Below are positions 31,721 to 32,000 of a stretch of 32,000 nucleotides of DNA, one piece after another (within the stretch, counting starts at the first letter, position 1; every line of letters starts with the position of its first letter). The stretch covers positions 598,866 to 630,865 of the forward strand of contig JACKFV010000001.1 of the NCBI GenBank assembly GCA_020632335.1. Reading direction: 5' to 3'. This DNA is from Candidatus Saccharimonadota bacterium. GTDB taxonomy: Bacteria; Patescibacteriota; Gracilibacteria; UBA4473. The translations under genes were made by a program, and so were the position numbers. The notes below the pieces were generated by a model. That model was not told the origin of the DNA. It did no database searches and was given only the letters and a program-made list of their open reading frames with translations.

Positions 31721-31748
31721 TTGACAGCCCTGTGGTAACTACTACCTT
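31721..31748 (+). promoter_or_regulatory. candidate promoter (TTGACA-16 nt-TACCTT) divergent from the fibre operon
   Basis: TTGACA at 31721-31726 and TACCTT at 31743-31748. If real, it excludes the GTG start at 31732. Confidence 0.35.
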
Positions 31749-31812
31749 GGAGGTAAGTTTTTTTATTTCTTTTTTGAATATTTTTCTTTTCCTAGCTTTG
31801 GGGGGGCTTGTA

Positions 31813-31947
31813 ATGCACTATGTATTACAGTCCTCTTTTTTCTCTCTGGAGGGTTTGCTAGACAAAAGTGTGCTGAGTGCTAGGCTCATGGGGTGGTTCC
31901 TTTGTGTGTTCTTTGCTGCTCTATTTTCTGTACTCTTCTGCCTATGA
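31813..31947 (+). CDS. small hydrophobic peptide (44 aa from ATG 31813; 71 aa if GTG 31732 is used)
   Basis: T-rich, low-GC ORF with a C-terminal TM, LMGWFLCVFFAALFSVLFCL. Its stop overlaps the next ATG (ATGA at 31944-31947). Coding status is uncertain. Confidence 0.3.
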   Translation: MHYVLQSSFFSLEGLLDKSVLSARLMGWFLCVFFAALFSVLFCL

Positions 31948-32000
31948 ACCGTTCCTCCCGCGCCGCCACCGAGATGCTTCTCATCGTCAGCATGCTGGCC
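31944..32000 (+). CDS. 5' end of a membrane protein (runs off the window)
   Basis: Own translation: MNRSSRAATEMLLIVSMLA. It has a charged N-terminus followed by a hydrophobic helix. GC content returns to the backbone level. Confidence 0.35.
   Translation, partial: MNRSSRAATEMLLIVSMLA

Noticed and set aside
31944-32000. Type IV prepilin N-terminus (MNRSSRAATEMLLIVSMLA)
   Set aside because: A hydrophobic helix with a Glu is suggestive. However, there is no Gly at -1, no F/M at +1, and the Glu is not at +5 in any sensible register. The fragment is too short to call.

Overview
This is a GC-rich bacterial chromosomal segment that reads cleanly under the standard genetic code. GC content was judged by eye, not computed.

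Recognisable core genes: hisS (5' end only), def, dnaG, pilT, an Fe/Mn superoxide dismutase, pterin-4a-carbinolamine dehydratase, yidC, efp, HU, uvrA, a nitroreductase, an RRM RNA-binding protein, a single-domain Ogt/MGMT and tRNA-Arg(CCT).

Three kinds of material are interleaved with these genes.
1. Short AT-richer islets, each bounded by strong hairpins. They encode only exported proteins: signal-peptide, lipoprotein, beta-barrel-like or small TM. One islet is bracketed by a perfect 14-bp inverted repeat. Another sits directly 3' of the tRNA.
2. Phage-type genes with no phage body around them:
- a self-contained five-gene tail-fibre-like operon (26449-31609), which includes a YadA/Hep_Hag-repeat fibre with a C-terminal S74-type intramolecular chaperone domain
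- an orphan glycine-rich tail-fibre-like gene (7458-9236)
- a possible head-decoration-like gene (4614-5069)
- a tandem M23 peptidase and lytic-transglycosylase pair that lack signal peptides and share a 14-residue C-terminal tag
3. An HTTM (vitamin-K carboxylase-like)-DCC fusion membrane protein, divergent from an exported CPHC thioredoxin-fold protein and a Glu-rich lipoprotein.

Other observations from the sequence:
- The DnaG zinc ribbon has all four zinc ligands substituted.
- EF-P carries Arg at the modification-loop tip.
- Shine-Dalgarno motifs are largely absent. Many start codons, especially intercistronic ones, are instead preceded by C/T-only tracts containing CCTCC or CTCC.

I saw no CRISPR array, rRNA, transposase or integrase. 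Many long antisense ORFs in the track are GC-driven artefacts. All functional calls rest on motif recognition by eye, and no database search was possible.
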